Positions 1 to 12,642 of a stretch of 64,000 nucleotides of DNA are shown piece after piece (position 1 is the first letter of the stretch; every line of letters begins with the position of its first letter). A program made the position numbers and the translations under genes. The notes below the pieces were generated by a model. It was given only the letters and a program-made list of their open reading frames with translations, was not told where the DNA came from and searched no databases. This DNA is from Saccostrea cucullata (Eukaryota): assembly GCF_032062105.1 (NCBI RefSeq), contig NW_026933200.1, forward strand, positions 248,001 to 312,000, read 5' to 3'.

Positions 1-124
1 TCTAATGATCATTTGACTTAAGTCACCTGCATATCTGTGTAGAGTGCTGTTTGTAATCAATCATTCAACAAATGAGATGATTTGACTCTTTTTAAGCAGA
101 AATCCCTATTTGTTTTTATGACAG

Positions 125-3100
125 GGTTATGAACGTAAGCTGGATGACCCAGAAATGAGACACTTGATACCCGATGCTCTCAGGGGCAGAAAAGAAATCC
201 TGTTTGGGAATTTAGAACAAATCTACAGGTTCCATAAAGAGTAAGGATCTACATATTTTCTTCTTTTTTTTATTATTTTCAACAATTTTATTCCCAGCTA
301 GTAATTCTGAACCTATTTCAGCTTACTCATTGAATTTTGTATGGATGAGGTATTTATAGGCCTTGCCTTCTGTCTAAATCCTCTTAAATTTTTCTGTCAA
401 TCAAATTATTTTTAAATCAACTTATATTCTTTCAAAGATGTTATACTATTATAATCCAGTGATTTCATCCATTGAGACTCTGAGATATGGGAGGTAACTC
501 TAAATGACTTTTCTTTGCAGTAAATTTCTCCATGAATTAGAGGACTGCCATGATGCCCCAGCTAAAGTGGGACAATGTTTTACAAACAGAGTAAGTACTC
601 AGTCACATTAAATAATGTAAATACCTCATGTTTGCAAACACAATAAAACTATTGTCATGTTGCAGTAAACTTTATGTTTTACAAATGGGTAACATCTGTA
701 ACTTGTTTTGGAAATGATGAATATAAAATTAAATTTTGTGAATTGAAAGCACTGCTCTTCTTTATAATTTTACAAAAATAAGGTGATGTTTAATGTATGT
801 GATTGATTTTCCAGAAGGAAGAGTTCCACCTGTACAGTGTGTACTGTCAGAATAAGACTCGGTCTGAGACTCTCAGGAACCAGGTCGGGGATCAGAATCC
901 CTTCTTCCTGGTGAGCCAAATATAGACATTCAATGTCATGTTAAAATGTTTGCTGATGAGATGAACATTCCTGTTATATATCATATAATAGAAAAAAAAA
1001 TGTTGACAATTGTTTTAAAAAAAGACTCTTGAGCTATGTCCAGCAACACCCAATGGTCTTGTTAAAATGATCCCTACACAGTATAAATAACAACCCTCAA
1101 TTTAAAAATTGTCTGTTTAAACTTTGATTAATTTTTAAATTAATTTTTTTAAGGAGTGCCAGAGACGACTTGGACACAAACTTCCCCTGGGAGCTTATCT
1201 ACTGAAACCCGTTCAGAGAATCACCAAATATCAACTGTTACTCAAGGTAAACATGTTGACTCATCATTGTCCAGTAACTCTATGATCTCTACTATGGCAT
1301 GTCTGTATGATGTGTGATCTGTATGCTCATTATGAAACAAATTTAAAAGGTACTGGAATTATCCAAAGTATCACTATGTTGGAAATAAACTTCTAAGTTG
1401 GAATTGTAAATTTTTTTTTCTGTCAGTTTTGCTCGTATGAGATTTACAGTGTTTATGATGATAATATTTACTGTAAAAGTGGTTATTTACACTGGTTGTT
1501 AAGTACGCGTTTGTGACTGTCAAACATTACGCGTGGGTATAATATACGCGGTCAGGAGTTAAGGAAAGTTTAATGTGTGCCATCGATTTCAGAACTAACA
1601 TCAGGTTGTTCCCCTTTGAAAATGATTAGAAAAAAAAATAAAATAAAAACAAACAAACTAAACAAACCAATAAGAAATTATACTGTTTATACTGTTGGAT
1701 TGGTAAATTGTCGATTTACCAATCGTCGATGTGTACAGTCTAATGCGGTTACATGTTACAAGTGTGAACAACTGGTGTAATTATTAACGCAAGCTCAAAC
1801 TTCAAAGTGAAATCTATTTACCTGTATCTACGTGTCGAGATTTGACAATTAATATAATAGGCATGATTGTAGTGACTGTGAGATTATTTAACATTTTGGA
1901 CTAATCATTTGAAATTAAGAAAGCTATATATGAATATACAAAGGAAATGAAAATGAGAATCGATGTTATGAAGCTTTAATTGCGTGATGTTGCTTAAAAA
2001 TATTTAATGAAAATGCGTTTTCATCGCACAAGTAACAAAATAAACATTTACATTTTAATCACACTTTTTGATATATTTATCTATTCACGTCATGCGTTCA
2101 ATACCATGATAAATATACGACTGGTTCAACCCGTCCAGCAGTATAAGTAATAATCTAGAATTTTCCAAAAGATTGAAATTTTGTGACCATTCGCGCGGAA
2201 TTGTAAATTTATTTTTTTTCTGTCAGTTGTGCTCATATGAGATTTACAGTGTTTATGATGATAATATTTACAATGATATTTATTTACAGGAGATGTTACG
2301 GTTCAGTGACCACGACCAGACCTGTGAGGCCCACCTACAGGAGGCCCTGGATTGTATGTTGGAGGTCGTCCGCTACGTCAACGACAGCATGCACCAAGTG
2401 TCCATTGTAGGATTCCCTGTAAGTCTGGGACAATCATAAAATATCCATAATCTCAGAATTAAAGAGTTGGTGACTACAAACATTGAATGCTGGTGAAGAA
2501 AATTGTGATGTCATTATATAATACAGATGCCATATTTATTTTTACAGGGTAATCTTTCTGAACAAGGAAAGCTGATCATGCAGGGAAGTTTTCAGATGTC
2601 GACGGAACACAAGGGTAAAATTAAAGACCTGAGATTTAAACCAATGCAGCGACACATGTTCCTTCACCAGAAGTCGATTCTCCTATGTAAACAAAAGGAA
2701 GACACAAACAGCAGTGACAAGGTCGTCTACAGCTTCAAAAACCTCCTCAAGGTCAGGTCAAAGTTCATGTCATCATTATGTCAGTTTAAAAAAATTCTGT
2801 CGAGATATCAGATTTAAAATATTAGCATCCTTTCTGTGACAAACAGATCTTTAGTAACAAGACATTTGCGAACAAAATTGTGTTCTCAAAAACTTCAAAT
2901 CACTCATTGGAAATCTGCCCCTTTGAATTAAAATAATTCTACAATAATGTTTATTCCTTTATTGTTCTACAGTTATCTCAGGTTGGATTGACAGAGAATG
3001 TAAAGGGAGATAAGCGGAAGTTTGAGTTATGGCTTCGTGGGAGAGAGGAGGTCTATATCATTCAGGTAGGGATATTTGTTTCCATTGAGAACTCATACAC

Positions 3101-5974
3101 AGTATAGGAACTGTTTTACAAGTTATCAGCTGTCCTATACATGGTTTAACTGAAGACATTAAACTGGATTTCCCTTTGGTTATAGGCTCCCAGTTTGGCT
3201 GTGAAAGAAATGTGGGTCAAAGAAATCAAAAGAGTGTTAATGAACCAGTTTGATGAAATCAAAGGTAAGGCATGACAAGATTTACAAACTCGGTCCACTT
3301 CTACTGAGTGCTTAAAGACTTTTCTTCTGATGTTACACACAATGTAAATGATTTAATAGTTCTCTAAGTCTGGATTCTCTTTATTGTAGCTGTGAATCAC
3401 ATGCATAATACTAGTAATAATTACCGAGTCCCTGATCAGGAACCAACCAATGGACACAGTTCTCGCAGGTAAGGACTTCAAAATATTACTTGTGAATAGG
3501 ACTTAACTATTCAAATGCCAAAATATTGATACAGTATAATGATCTTGGTGATTTGATTGTAAGTTTTGCTTTACACTCTTTTTTAAAAAACATCTATCTC
3601 TTTCTTCAGATATGTAGATAATTGGAGGACCCACAACCACATGATATTTAACAACATTTCCACTGTACCCCAGGGGCTGGAAATGATGTCTCCTGAGTCC
3701 CCACCCCGGGGCACAAAGGAGGAGGAGGGTGGGTGGGATACTGATGATTTTTCTGATGGAGAGGAGGCAACGTCTCATCAAACCTACTCACCACCTGTAC
3801 AAAAACAGGTAAACACACAAAAAGGGAAAATTTATTCATACCTGTAGGCATAAAAAAAGATGTGTTTGATCTATATATACCTGTACAAAAAACAAGCAAA
3901 ATATGATGCACACATGTACAGAAACAGGTGAAGGTGTTACAAACCTGTAAAAAAAAAAAACAACAGGTAAAACATTACACCTGTGCATATACAGAGCATT
4001 CTGTCTAATCTGACATGTGAAATCAGTTTCACTGTGAACTCAGACCTATTTTACTACTTTCTATGTTCTTTGCACTGTGCAATGTAACACCTGTCTATTC
4101 CAACACAAAAGTTCTCGCGCAATGCATGTTGTATTAGACAGGCTTCACTACAAGTAAAACATGATTTATGTGAACATAAACATCTAAGACATACAGTAAA
4201 TTCTCGAATTATCGCCATTCGATTCATCGCCATTTTCGCAATACCGCCATGATTTCCCAAGAACGTTTTTCCTGCTATATAAAATTCTCTTTATAACGCC
4301 AAATTCGCATACCGCCATCCGCCACCCTGTTTTCAAAACAAACGTCCATTTTTAAGTGTCAATTATCTCGATATACCGCCACAGATTCAAACGGTCAGTG
4401 AAGCGCGGCTAATTAGTTGACGCTATCCCTGTTTTAAAGCATGCAAAGGCAGACAAGGTACATGCAATTTAGTAATTAAACAAGAATAAAATAAATAATA
4501 ATTTTAACATGAACTGTTATAATAATTTTGTTTTTTGTATAAAAATCATTTAGTCACGGCTTCGCCAGGAAAGCGGTCGTTGTTATAGTGCGCGGATAAC
4601 GATATTATTTTGATGATGTCTGCTTTAATTAATGCAAAGTTTGCTGAAAAAATAATTATGCGGCATGAATTGTGAACTTTTCATTAACAATGATGCCATA
4701 AACGATGAATTTATTCAAGAATTCATTTTACTTACTTTCGGCAATAAATCACGACGATCGACCCAGCTTGTTTTTTTTTCAATATCAGACGTGCAGATTT
4801 ACATGATAATATTAAACACACATGACTTGTCTTTATTTCATTACTGCACATTTTGTTTTAGTGAAATTGTACATAAAAAAAATACTGGAAGTATTTTCAA
4901 TCAAAAATATGTCTTTATACATGTACATTTTATTATAAGAATAGAAACGCTTAAATGGTATTTCTAAGAACAAGGTAACTTCACTTCTTGTTTTTTAAAA
5001 AGATGGGAAATTCGATTCATCGCCAAATTCGTTATACCGCCATGATTTCTAAATTAAAAAGGTGGCGGTTTATCGAGAATTAACTGTATACATATATTTA
5101 TAGAAACAGGTATTAAATATATACATGTATTTACTCTACAGAAATAGATAATACACAGTGTATACTTTATGCAAGAAACTTTTACTTTTCACTCTCATTG
5201 CAAGTGGGCAAATTTAATAATAAGCTGCAAAAAAAATTTTTGCAAGCTTCACAGGGCGAAAATAACATAAAGCAAAAATGTTTTTTGAACTACACATACA
5301 AAAACAGGTAACTCATACATACAGATATTAAAGACAGAGGAGTATATTAAAGTATACATTCTCTTGAATTTTCAGCCAGTCTACATGCAGCATTTTCGTT
5401 CCCTTGGAAACTACACTGCCAGTGACCCTACAGAGTTGACCTTGTTGGAGGGCGATGTAGTCAAGGTCATCAAGACGGCCTCCACTGGGTGGTGGTTTGC
5501 CCAGCACACGATCACACAGCAAGAGGGATGGGTCCCCTCCACCTACATGGAACCACTCACCGACAACTCCCTCTCTAGTATCAGTGAGTTACCTCCCTTT
5601 TAGGGGAACAATTTCTTTTTTGCCCAGGATTGCATTTCTACATTTGCAACAATCATCCAAGATCTCTCTTGCAAAACTTCAGATTAATTTTCTTATTATA
5701 AGATACAGTTGAACTTAGTTTTCTTAAATACTAGGGATTTATCGGGCAGTCCAAACAAGTGTATGTTTTTAACCTCGCTATCTCAAAACTTCTCAAGGTT
5801 TAATCTCAGTCCCATTGAGTGTGGGTTAACAAGGTTTGACTGTAATTGCATGCACAGCATTGAATAGAAATAATACCAATGTCTTCTTTTTCTCCAGATT
5901 CCAGTCCTCACGACTATAAATCCAGCTTAACCAGTGTGTATACCGCTAGCCCTGTGGACGAATCGACTGTATAG
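125..5974 (+). CDS. MCF2L: 3' part of a Dbl-family RhoGEF (DH-PH-SH3), MCF2L/Dbs-like; 5' exons lie upstream of the window
   Basis: Twelve GT-AG exons join in frame: 125-240, 521-590, 815-910, 1154-1246, 2290-2418, 2548-2751, 2973-3065, 3186-3264, 3390-3468, 3610-3808, 5376-5583, 5898-5974 (TAG). DH motifs [37 protein letters not shown] and VNDSMH; PH motifs [21 protein letters not shown] and [14 protein letters not shown]; SH3 motifs [14 protein letters not shown] and EGWVPSTY. Confidence 0.9.
1472..2196. mobile_element. Truncated non-autonomous DNA transposon fragment in MCF2L intron, bracketed by a ~72-bp direct repeat
   Basis: Begins (ta)ctgtaaaagtggttatt like the other TA-CTGTA MITEs in the window and is CpG-rich relative to the intron. 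No right TIR was found. Flanks 1400-1471 and 2197-2271 are near-identical. Confidence 0.45.
4194..5086. mobile_element. Non-autonomous Tc1/mariner (pogo/Tigger-like) element
   Basis: TA|cagtaaattctcgaattatcgcca ... tggcggtttatcgagaattaactg|TA: imperfect ~24-bp TIRs, TA TSD, repeated subterminal (t/c)cgcca motifs, no ORF. Confidence 0.8.
5706..5842. mobile_element. Short pogo/Tigger-like MITE
   Basis: TA|cagttgaact ... aggtttgactg|TA; related copies at 12113-12642 and 31443-31610. Confidence 0.6.
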
Positions 5975-7594
5975 CCAGAGTTATTCCCCTTTACATTATT
6001 GAAAATTGCTGTGAAATCCTCCTCAGCTTCTAAATCTTGGAAACTTCTGACATCGTTATCTGGTGATGAAAAAGACTTCAGTTGGATTTATTTATAATTT
6101 AAATCTACCTGAAGGGCAGTAAACACAATCCCCACACCTATGAGTGATTTTAACCACGTGAAAAAATTGAAATAAATTTAAATGACAGACTGAAAGCCAT
6201 AAAATTTGTATTCTTTGGAGATGTGGTGTAAAGTAATGAAGGTAATCTGATAGACTTACCTGAAGAACTCGTAAGTGACAAAGTCTTATTATGTGATTCA
6301 AAAGCAGGTGTTCGTGGCCTTGGGATCCAAGCTTTGTTGAAATGACATTGAAATTTCATTCTTATGAGTTGAAGGTCAAAGAATGAGAGCGACATAATGG
6401 GGTCAACTTCCCAAAGTACAGAACACGGAGACCAAATTGTCAGTTCCACTGGAGGCTATGTTACTATAGGACCTCCTGTCTTTCTAGTCGTACTTTTGTT
6501 TTTGTTTGCAATAATCTCATGCCTTGTTTCATGTTTACATTCCACGTATTAACTACGCTCTAGATGTTTTACAACATTCCGGAATGCATTTATTTATAGA
6601 ATTTTACCAAATGTATTCACAGTTTTTATTTAACCTCAGATGTTCATTTTATATTGTTCACTGTTAATGCTTTTATAAAATTGTAGATGGCAAACAATTT
6701 TGTTAATTGGTTCATGTTCTTTAAGCACCCCGGATATGAAAAATAAACTGAGAAGAAATACATGTAGGAATATTAAAATCATTGTTCCAAGATACCATTT
6801 TGAAAAACTTTTATATTTTGTATGCATTCCAACTCATATTTTCAATCAAATACATGTATATTTTAAATTCAGTGATGCATATAGGACTTGTATCAATAGC
6901 TTCATCCTGTGTTAACAAGCTACTGTATGTCACTATGCATCTTTCTCTCTGCTGTTTTCTGTGATAACTACAAGACCAAGTGCTGGTTGTAGCCCATGTA
7001 GAATGTACTGTACAAGGGAAAACCTGACTTTTACAAAGATAAGGATGAACAGCCAAAGAATTTGGTTGAACAGTATTTAAATAAAAAGCAGACAGTGCCA
7101 TGCATCTTAAATGAAAGGTTGTTAGTAAAATTTTTGTGATCTTGAAATTTATTAAATTTATTTTTACAGGCACCTGTTCTTGTTTTTTACTGGCTGAAAT
7201 TTTTTGTTGTAAAAATTGGTTGCTGCAGCTCTGTTTATATAATATTATATATTGTTGCTATGAGATAGTTTCACATTTTATTACCATTTATCCTGTTAAA
7301 AATTGTACAAGTTACAAATAAATGTTAAGATTTTGGAGTAAAAACTTTATTAGACATTAAATGGCTGTGACTATTTTTTAAACTTAATAGTGACATTTAA
7401 AATAGAATTGTGTCTTCTTACTGTTTGCTTGAATTTCATGCATTCCAGCAATTACTATTTTACCAAAATATTATGTATATGTATGTAGACCATGTTATTT
7501 ATTACATTGTTCCTGTTTTAATGATATATATATATAGTTTATACATGTATATGTCAGTTGTTATGGAGGTTTCCTTATTTCTGAAATTTACAAG

Positions 7595-7600
7595 AATAAA
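7595..7600 (+). terminator. Candidate polyadenylation signal of the RhoGEF 3' UTR
   Basis: AATAAA at the end of a ~1.6-kb AT-rich region after the stop, followed by a TG/T-rich tract (ttttgtctgtgttgaatttttt). Other AATAAA hexamers occur upstream. Confidence 0.35.
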
Positions 7601-7939
7601 ATTTAAACAGTTGTCTCAACTTTTGTCTGTGTTGAATTTTTTTTTTTGAGACACTTAACAGTATTTATGAGATGATCATTTTATTGCATCCCTATATATA
7701 CAGTGGCCCAGAATTTATGATCTTAAATTCATTTAAGGTCCATTGTAAACATTGTTAAGCACAAGATAAGATTGTATTATCCTGTGTATTCCAGCATTAT
7801 GACTTGGATGTAACAGACATATTATCCAATGTGTTCACAGATCTTATTTGCTCATGGGTCAGCCGGTAAACTTTCAGAATTGTATAAGGGCACACTGTGG
7901 ATTGAACACACAGATGACATGGGTCATTTCTGATGTACT

Positions 7940-8420
7940 CCTCCAACAGTTTTTGGTCTGATTTCAATATAACTTAGTACATGATACAAATTTTGTTTAT
8001 CAGTTTTTGATTTCGATGAACAGTGTTGCCACGGTTACTAAATATAGAAATTTCTTTGAAATACTCTCCCTACAGTTTTGGTCTGATTTCAATATAACTT
8101 GGCACACAAGTAGAGTACATGTACATTGAGATGCAAATTTCTATGTATCGGTATCTGATTTTGATGAATGGTGTTGCCATGGTTTCTAAAAATAGAAATT
8201 TCTTTGAAACATTTTCAAAATGCTACCAGGTACTTTCTCTACAGTTTTGGTCCGATTTCAATAAATCTTTCCAAGAAAATAACTAAACCAATGATATACC
8301 CTACGTATTTCTAATTTTTTGCAGTTGCAAAGTTTCAAATTCAAATGCTACTTCATCCTTGCAAGCCAAGGGTCCTGAGTCAACATGTTGCCGTTAGACC
8401 CTTGGCGTATTTCATTCAAT
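7940..8420. repeat. Degenerate tandem repeats, probably a decayed Helentron/HINE-type element
   Basis: acagttttggtc(t/c)gatttcaata recurs near 7947, 8072 and 8241; gtgttgcca(c/t)ggtt...aatagaaatttctttgaaa occurs twice. Confidence 0.5.
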
Positions 8421-9329
8421 ATCTGTGGGCTTGCTTTTTTCATTGAGAAGCACCAATCAAACTAAACCTTTCAAAAATAGTTAGATAAGGATTCAGCTGA
8501 CACCTCAAATGCTTGTGTTACAAGTTGTTTACTGATAAAAATTAATATTTCAATTACTGGTAACAATGTTTGTGAAATTCAATCGAGATCGGGATATCAT
8601 AAAAAATATTTCACCATATACTTTGTTACGTTTTTCTGGTGAAAACTTCCCTAAAATAATGTTCTAATTGATGTTATGTATAAAATATGATTTATTTAGT
8701 AAATATAAACCCAATTATGCATAAAATGTATTAAAATTCACCATATAAACCTCAAGTTCTCTAGGGTTCAATTTTTCACCTTCTTTCATTTTTTTTTCAT
8801 TACTGAAGTGGTGTAGATAATTTAAGCTGTCTTGAGGAGGTCTGTACACTAAGTGATGTCCTCAAGTACATTCTCCTTAAAGTGCCAGACAACTCAGTCA
8901 ACAGAACTCATAAAATCAGATAACTTCTTTCACTTATTTTATTGTTCAGGATAACAATGGACAATTATTAGTGAGATCTAACAATAAATTATTCACTTAA
9001 TTGCACAATAAATATTGTTCAATACTATATCTCTCTCTCAAACAAAAAGACCACAAAATAATGTTCATTACCAAAAAGATTTATAATCTAGGCATAGGAA
9101 TACTGTTGAGTTTAACATCATTAATAAAGTGTATTTAACATAATTACCAGTGGCCATTTACTCAAACTCTGTTTTGTAGAACTTTACTGACAGTCATTAA
9201 ATGGCAATTCATGTGGTACAGAACTGTCATAAACAAATTTTAACAGGGAGTGAAAAATGTGATGGATCAAACCTGGATTTGAACCCTGGTCCCTGAACTT
9301 TACATGGGTAAACAAATCTGCCTAACTGC

Positions 9330-11230
9330 AGTGTAATGATTATGTTATGTCAGTGTAATGTCAGTGTGATGTCAGAGTAATGTCTGTGTGATGTCAGTGT
9401 TATGTCAGTGTAATGTCTGTCTTATATCAGTGTTATGTCAGAGTATTGTCTGTGTTATGTCAGTGTTATATCAGTGTAATGTATGTTATGTCTGTGTAAT
9501 ATCAGTGTAATATCAGTGTAATGTCAGTGTAATGCCAGTGTAATGTTAGTGTTATGTCAGTGTTATGTCAGTGTTATGTCAGTGTAATGTTAGTGTGTCA
9601 GTGTTATGTCAGTGTAATGTCAGTGTAATGTCAGTGTTATGTCAGTGTAATGTCTGTCTTATGTCAGTGTTATATCAGTGTTATGTCAGCCTAGTGTCAG
9701 AGTTATGCCTGTGTAATGTCAGTGTTATATCAGTGTTATGTCAGTGTAATGTTAGTGTTATGTCAGTGTTATATCAGTGTTATGTCAGTGTTATATCAGT
9801 GTTATATCAGTGTAATGTTAGTGTAATGTCAGTGTAATGTTAGTGTAATGTCAGTGTTATATCACTGTTATATCAGTGTAATGCCAGTGTAATGTTAGTG
9901 TTATGTCAGTGTTATGTTAGTGTTATGTCAGTGTTATATCAGTGTTATGTCAGTGTTATATCAGTGTAATGTTAGTGTAATGTCAGTGTTATATCACTGT
10001 TATTATAGGATTAAACGTTCTTTTTGAAAAATTTATCGATGTGTAAACTCTTGACATTTTACTCACAAACTAAATAAAAGTGCGAAGCACTGACATAACA
10101 CTAACATTATAATTCTTATAATTCCAATATCGAATTTTTAAAAATATTTAAATTATTTCTCTTTGAGGCCTCCATACAATCCATTATTTCTGGAGGCGTA
10201 GGAATACATTTTACCGTAAAGGAACGTAATCAAGATGAATTTCGATAGAGTTCAACTTAAATTGTCAAAACAATCGATAAATAAACTTATAACAACTAAT
10301 CGAATGTTGTTTAAGTCAACAAATATCGTAATTACGAGTTTACTTCAGAATAGTTCGTCTTTGACCATGGCCATGTTGACATAAACAACAACTCTCATAG
10401 CGAAAGTTGCAGACCGACGACACCTTCAATTTGCACTTGTTTATTCAAATATTGAAGAACAATATAGAAAGTAAATATGAATTTGATGCTAATAGGGCAA
10501 GAGTTTGAGGTACGTTTCTTTTCCCTGTCAAAACGATACAGACTGAGCTTATTTTCTACGTATGAACGTTGAGACAGCGATTTTTAAAATTCACACTCGT
10601 GATCGGAGAGTGACATAATTTTCACGGCGTCCATCACTTAGGCAGTCTAGTATGTTGCCAGTTTTGTTTAAGCCCTAGGCCCTAATTAAATTTAAAGTTT
10701 CTTGTATTCATTATTTAGCCAGAACAGACTCAGAAATAACTGCTTTCATTGTTTATACGATAACCTAGTAGTATCATCAAGAAAGTAGTTCTGATTGAAA
10801 GAATTTATCGATGTGTAAAAATTTTCTGGAACGTGTTCTCGTCCAATCAAAACACAGGAAATCAATAGATAAAATGAAGATTGGAATTATATCAGTGTAA
10901 TGCCAGTGTAATGTTAGTGTTATGTCAGTGTTATGTTAGTGTTATGTCAGTGTTATGTCAGTGTTATATCAGTGTTATGTCAGTGTCATGTCAGCCTAGT
11001 GTCAGAGTTATGCCTGTGTAATGTCAGTGTTATATCAGTGTTATGTCAGTGTTATATCAGTGTTATGTCAGTGTAATGTTAGTGTTATGTCAGTGTTATG
11101 TCAGTGTTATGTCAGTGTAATGTCTGTCTTATGTCAGTGTTATATCAGTGTTATGTCAGTGTCATGTCAGCCTAGTGTCAGAGTTATGCCTGTGTAATGT
11201 CAGTGTTATATCAGTGTAAAATTAGTGTAA
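9330..11230. repeat. 10-bp minisatellite (tgtcagtgt[t/a]a)n interrupted by an ~0.89-kb insertion
   Basis: Directly visible 10-bp periodicity over 9330-10003 and 10887-11230; it explains the Cys/Val/Ser ORF 9565-9837. Confidence 0.95.
10004..10890. mobile_element. Hairpin-headed non-autonomous element inserted in the minisatellite
   Basis: Satellite phase resumes on both sides with ttat duplicated (10000-10003, 10887-10890). Internal 11-bp inverted repeat ataattccaat (10118-10128) / attggaattat (10880-10890). AGTGC-GAA-GCACT hairpin tip at 10079-10091. Confidence 0.75.
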
Positions 11231-11317
11231 CAATGCCATGTGGTGGTCAACTACCTCTAGTCACAAATATTCAACCCAGGGAAGAGAAATTTTGACAATC
11301 AGACAGGTATGTTTGTC

Positions 11318-11412
11318 AGTGGCCAGATAGTCCAATTGGTAGAGCACCTGACAAGTAATTAATGTCAGGTTCAAATCCATGACTGCTCTGTCAAATTTCT
11401 CTCCTCATTAGT
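11318..11412 (+). mobile_element. tRNA-derived SINE head (degenerate)
   Basis: A-box-like tagtccaattggtagagca and B-box-like ggttcaaatcc, but no complete cloverleaf. Related fragments at ~9240-9297 (reverse) and ~11670-11765. Confidence 0.5.
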
Positions 11413-12112
11413 TAAAACCTTCCTGATCAACTTAAATCTGTACAAAAATATAAATATGTCATGTACAGTGTATAGCAAAGTGAGATTCCAGATGTTTTAC
11501 ATGATTTTTTAAAATGTCAATATTAATTTCTTGTGAAATATAAGGAATCTACAGTGATAGTGTATTTTTATCAAAATTTGATTAACAGGACTCGAGGTCA
11601 CTTTAATTTGACTGACAAACTAAGGATATAACAAAGTTTCCAGTATGTCAGTTGAATTCAAGCAATCAGAATGGCTGTTATTTAAATAACTAGTAAAGTA
11701 GGGGTCCCAGGTTAAATCCCTGGTCCAGCTATGAAACCTTTTTTTTTTATTTCCCATTACAACATAAATCTTCTGTTGTAATTTGCTGAAAAGAAGTAAT
11801 CAAATATCATGATAAATTTTCAACTAACATTACTTTAAGTAGACAACCGGGAAATGCACACATACAGTTCTACTGTGAAATCACTCATTTTTGTGGGTGT
11901 TAAATTTGCATTGTTTTTTTTTTTGTCTGCCACAAAATGCTTTGAAAAACTTCAAATCAAGATAACACAACCCTTAGAAAACTGCTACTGCTAATCAAAT
12001 TATCTAAATCATGATATTTTTTCCCCTGAAACTATGAAAATTTGACCCCAAGAAAATAAGTGAATTTACAGAATTCCATATTTCAGTGACAACAATGTGA
12101 TGTCTGTATATA

Positions 12113-12642
12113 CAGTTGAACCTCACTATCCTGAACACAGATATCTTGAATACCATGGATATGTCAAATTGATTTGGAAGTCGCCACTTATCCATTAAGT
12201 ACTAGTAATTTACCCTTGATAGCTCAAAACCTCCCATATACTGAAGTTTTTTCTTGATCCAATTGAGTTCAAGATAAGGCCAAGCTTAAAAAATTCTTTG
12301 TTTGCAGTTGCCGACCTATAATTTTTAGACTGGGTAGGTAGGTAGGCATTTTTTTTTTTTTTGAAAAAAAAAAATGGTTTCAAATTTTCGTTAGATAACA
12401 AATGATAGAGCTTCTCATAGGCTTACTAAACACAAATCAGCTCCACTTGTAATAAAGCACTGATTGATAAAAAGAAAGGTAAAAAATTTAAAATAAAACA
12501 GCTCAATATACCGTGAAAAATAAAAAAAAAAATAATATTACAAAATGGCTAAAAAAAAGTTTGGGTCGGGTGCATTTTCAGTGGGTCGGTCGGCAACTGC
12601 AAACAAACAATATTTTATTTTAGGCCTAACGAGATTTAATTG
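12113..12642. mobile_element. pogo/Tigger-like MITE hosting a nested insertion
   Basis: TA|cagttgaacctc ... gagatttaattg|TA; same family as 5706-5842 once 12278-12629 is removed. Confidence 0.65.
12278..12626. mobile_element. PIF/Harbinger-type (Tourist-like) MITE
   Basis: TAA|ggccaagc...tgtttgcagttgccgacc ... ggtcggcaactgcaaaca...taggcc|TAA: ~40-bp imperfect TIRs starting GGCC and a 3-bp TAA TSD. Confidence 0.8.

Noticed and set aside
9565-9837. Cys-rich ORF MSVLCQCNVSV…
   Set aside because: It is a translation of the 10-bp minisatellite with no splice or domain support.
11318-11412. Possible tRNA gene
   Set aside because: A and B boxes are present but acceptor and anticodon stems cannot be formed; more consistent with a SINE head.
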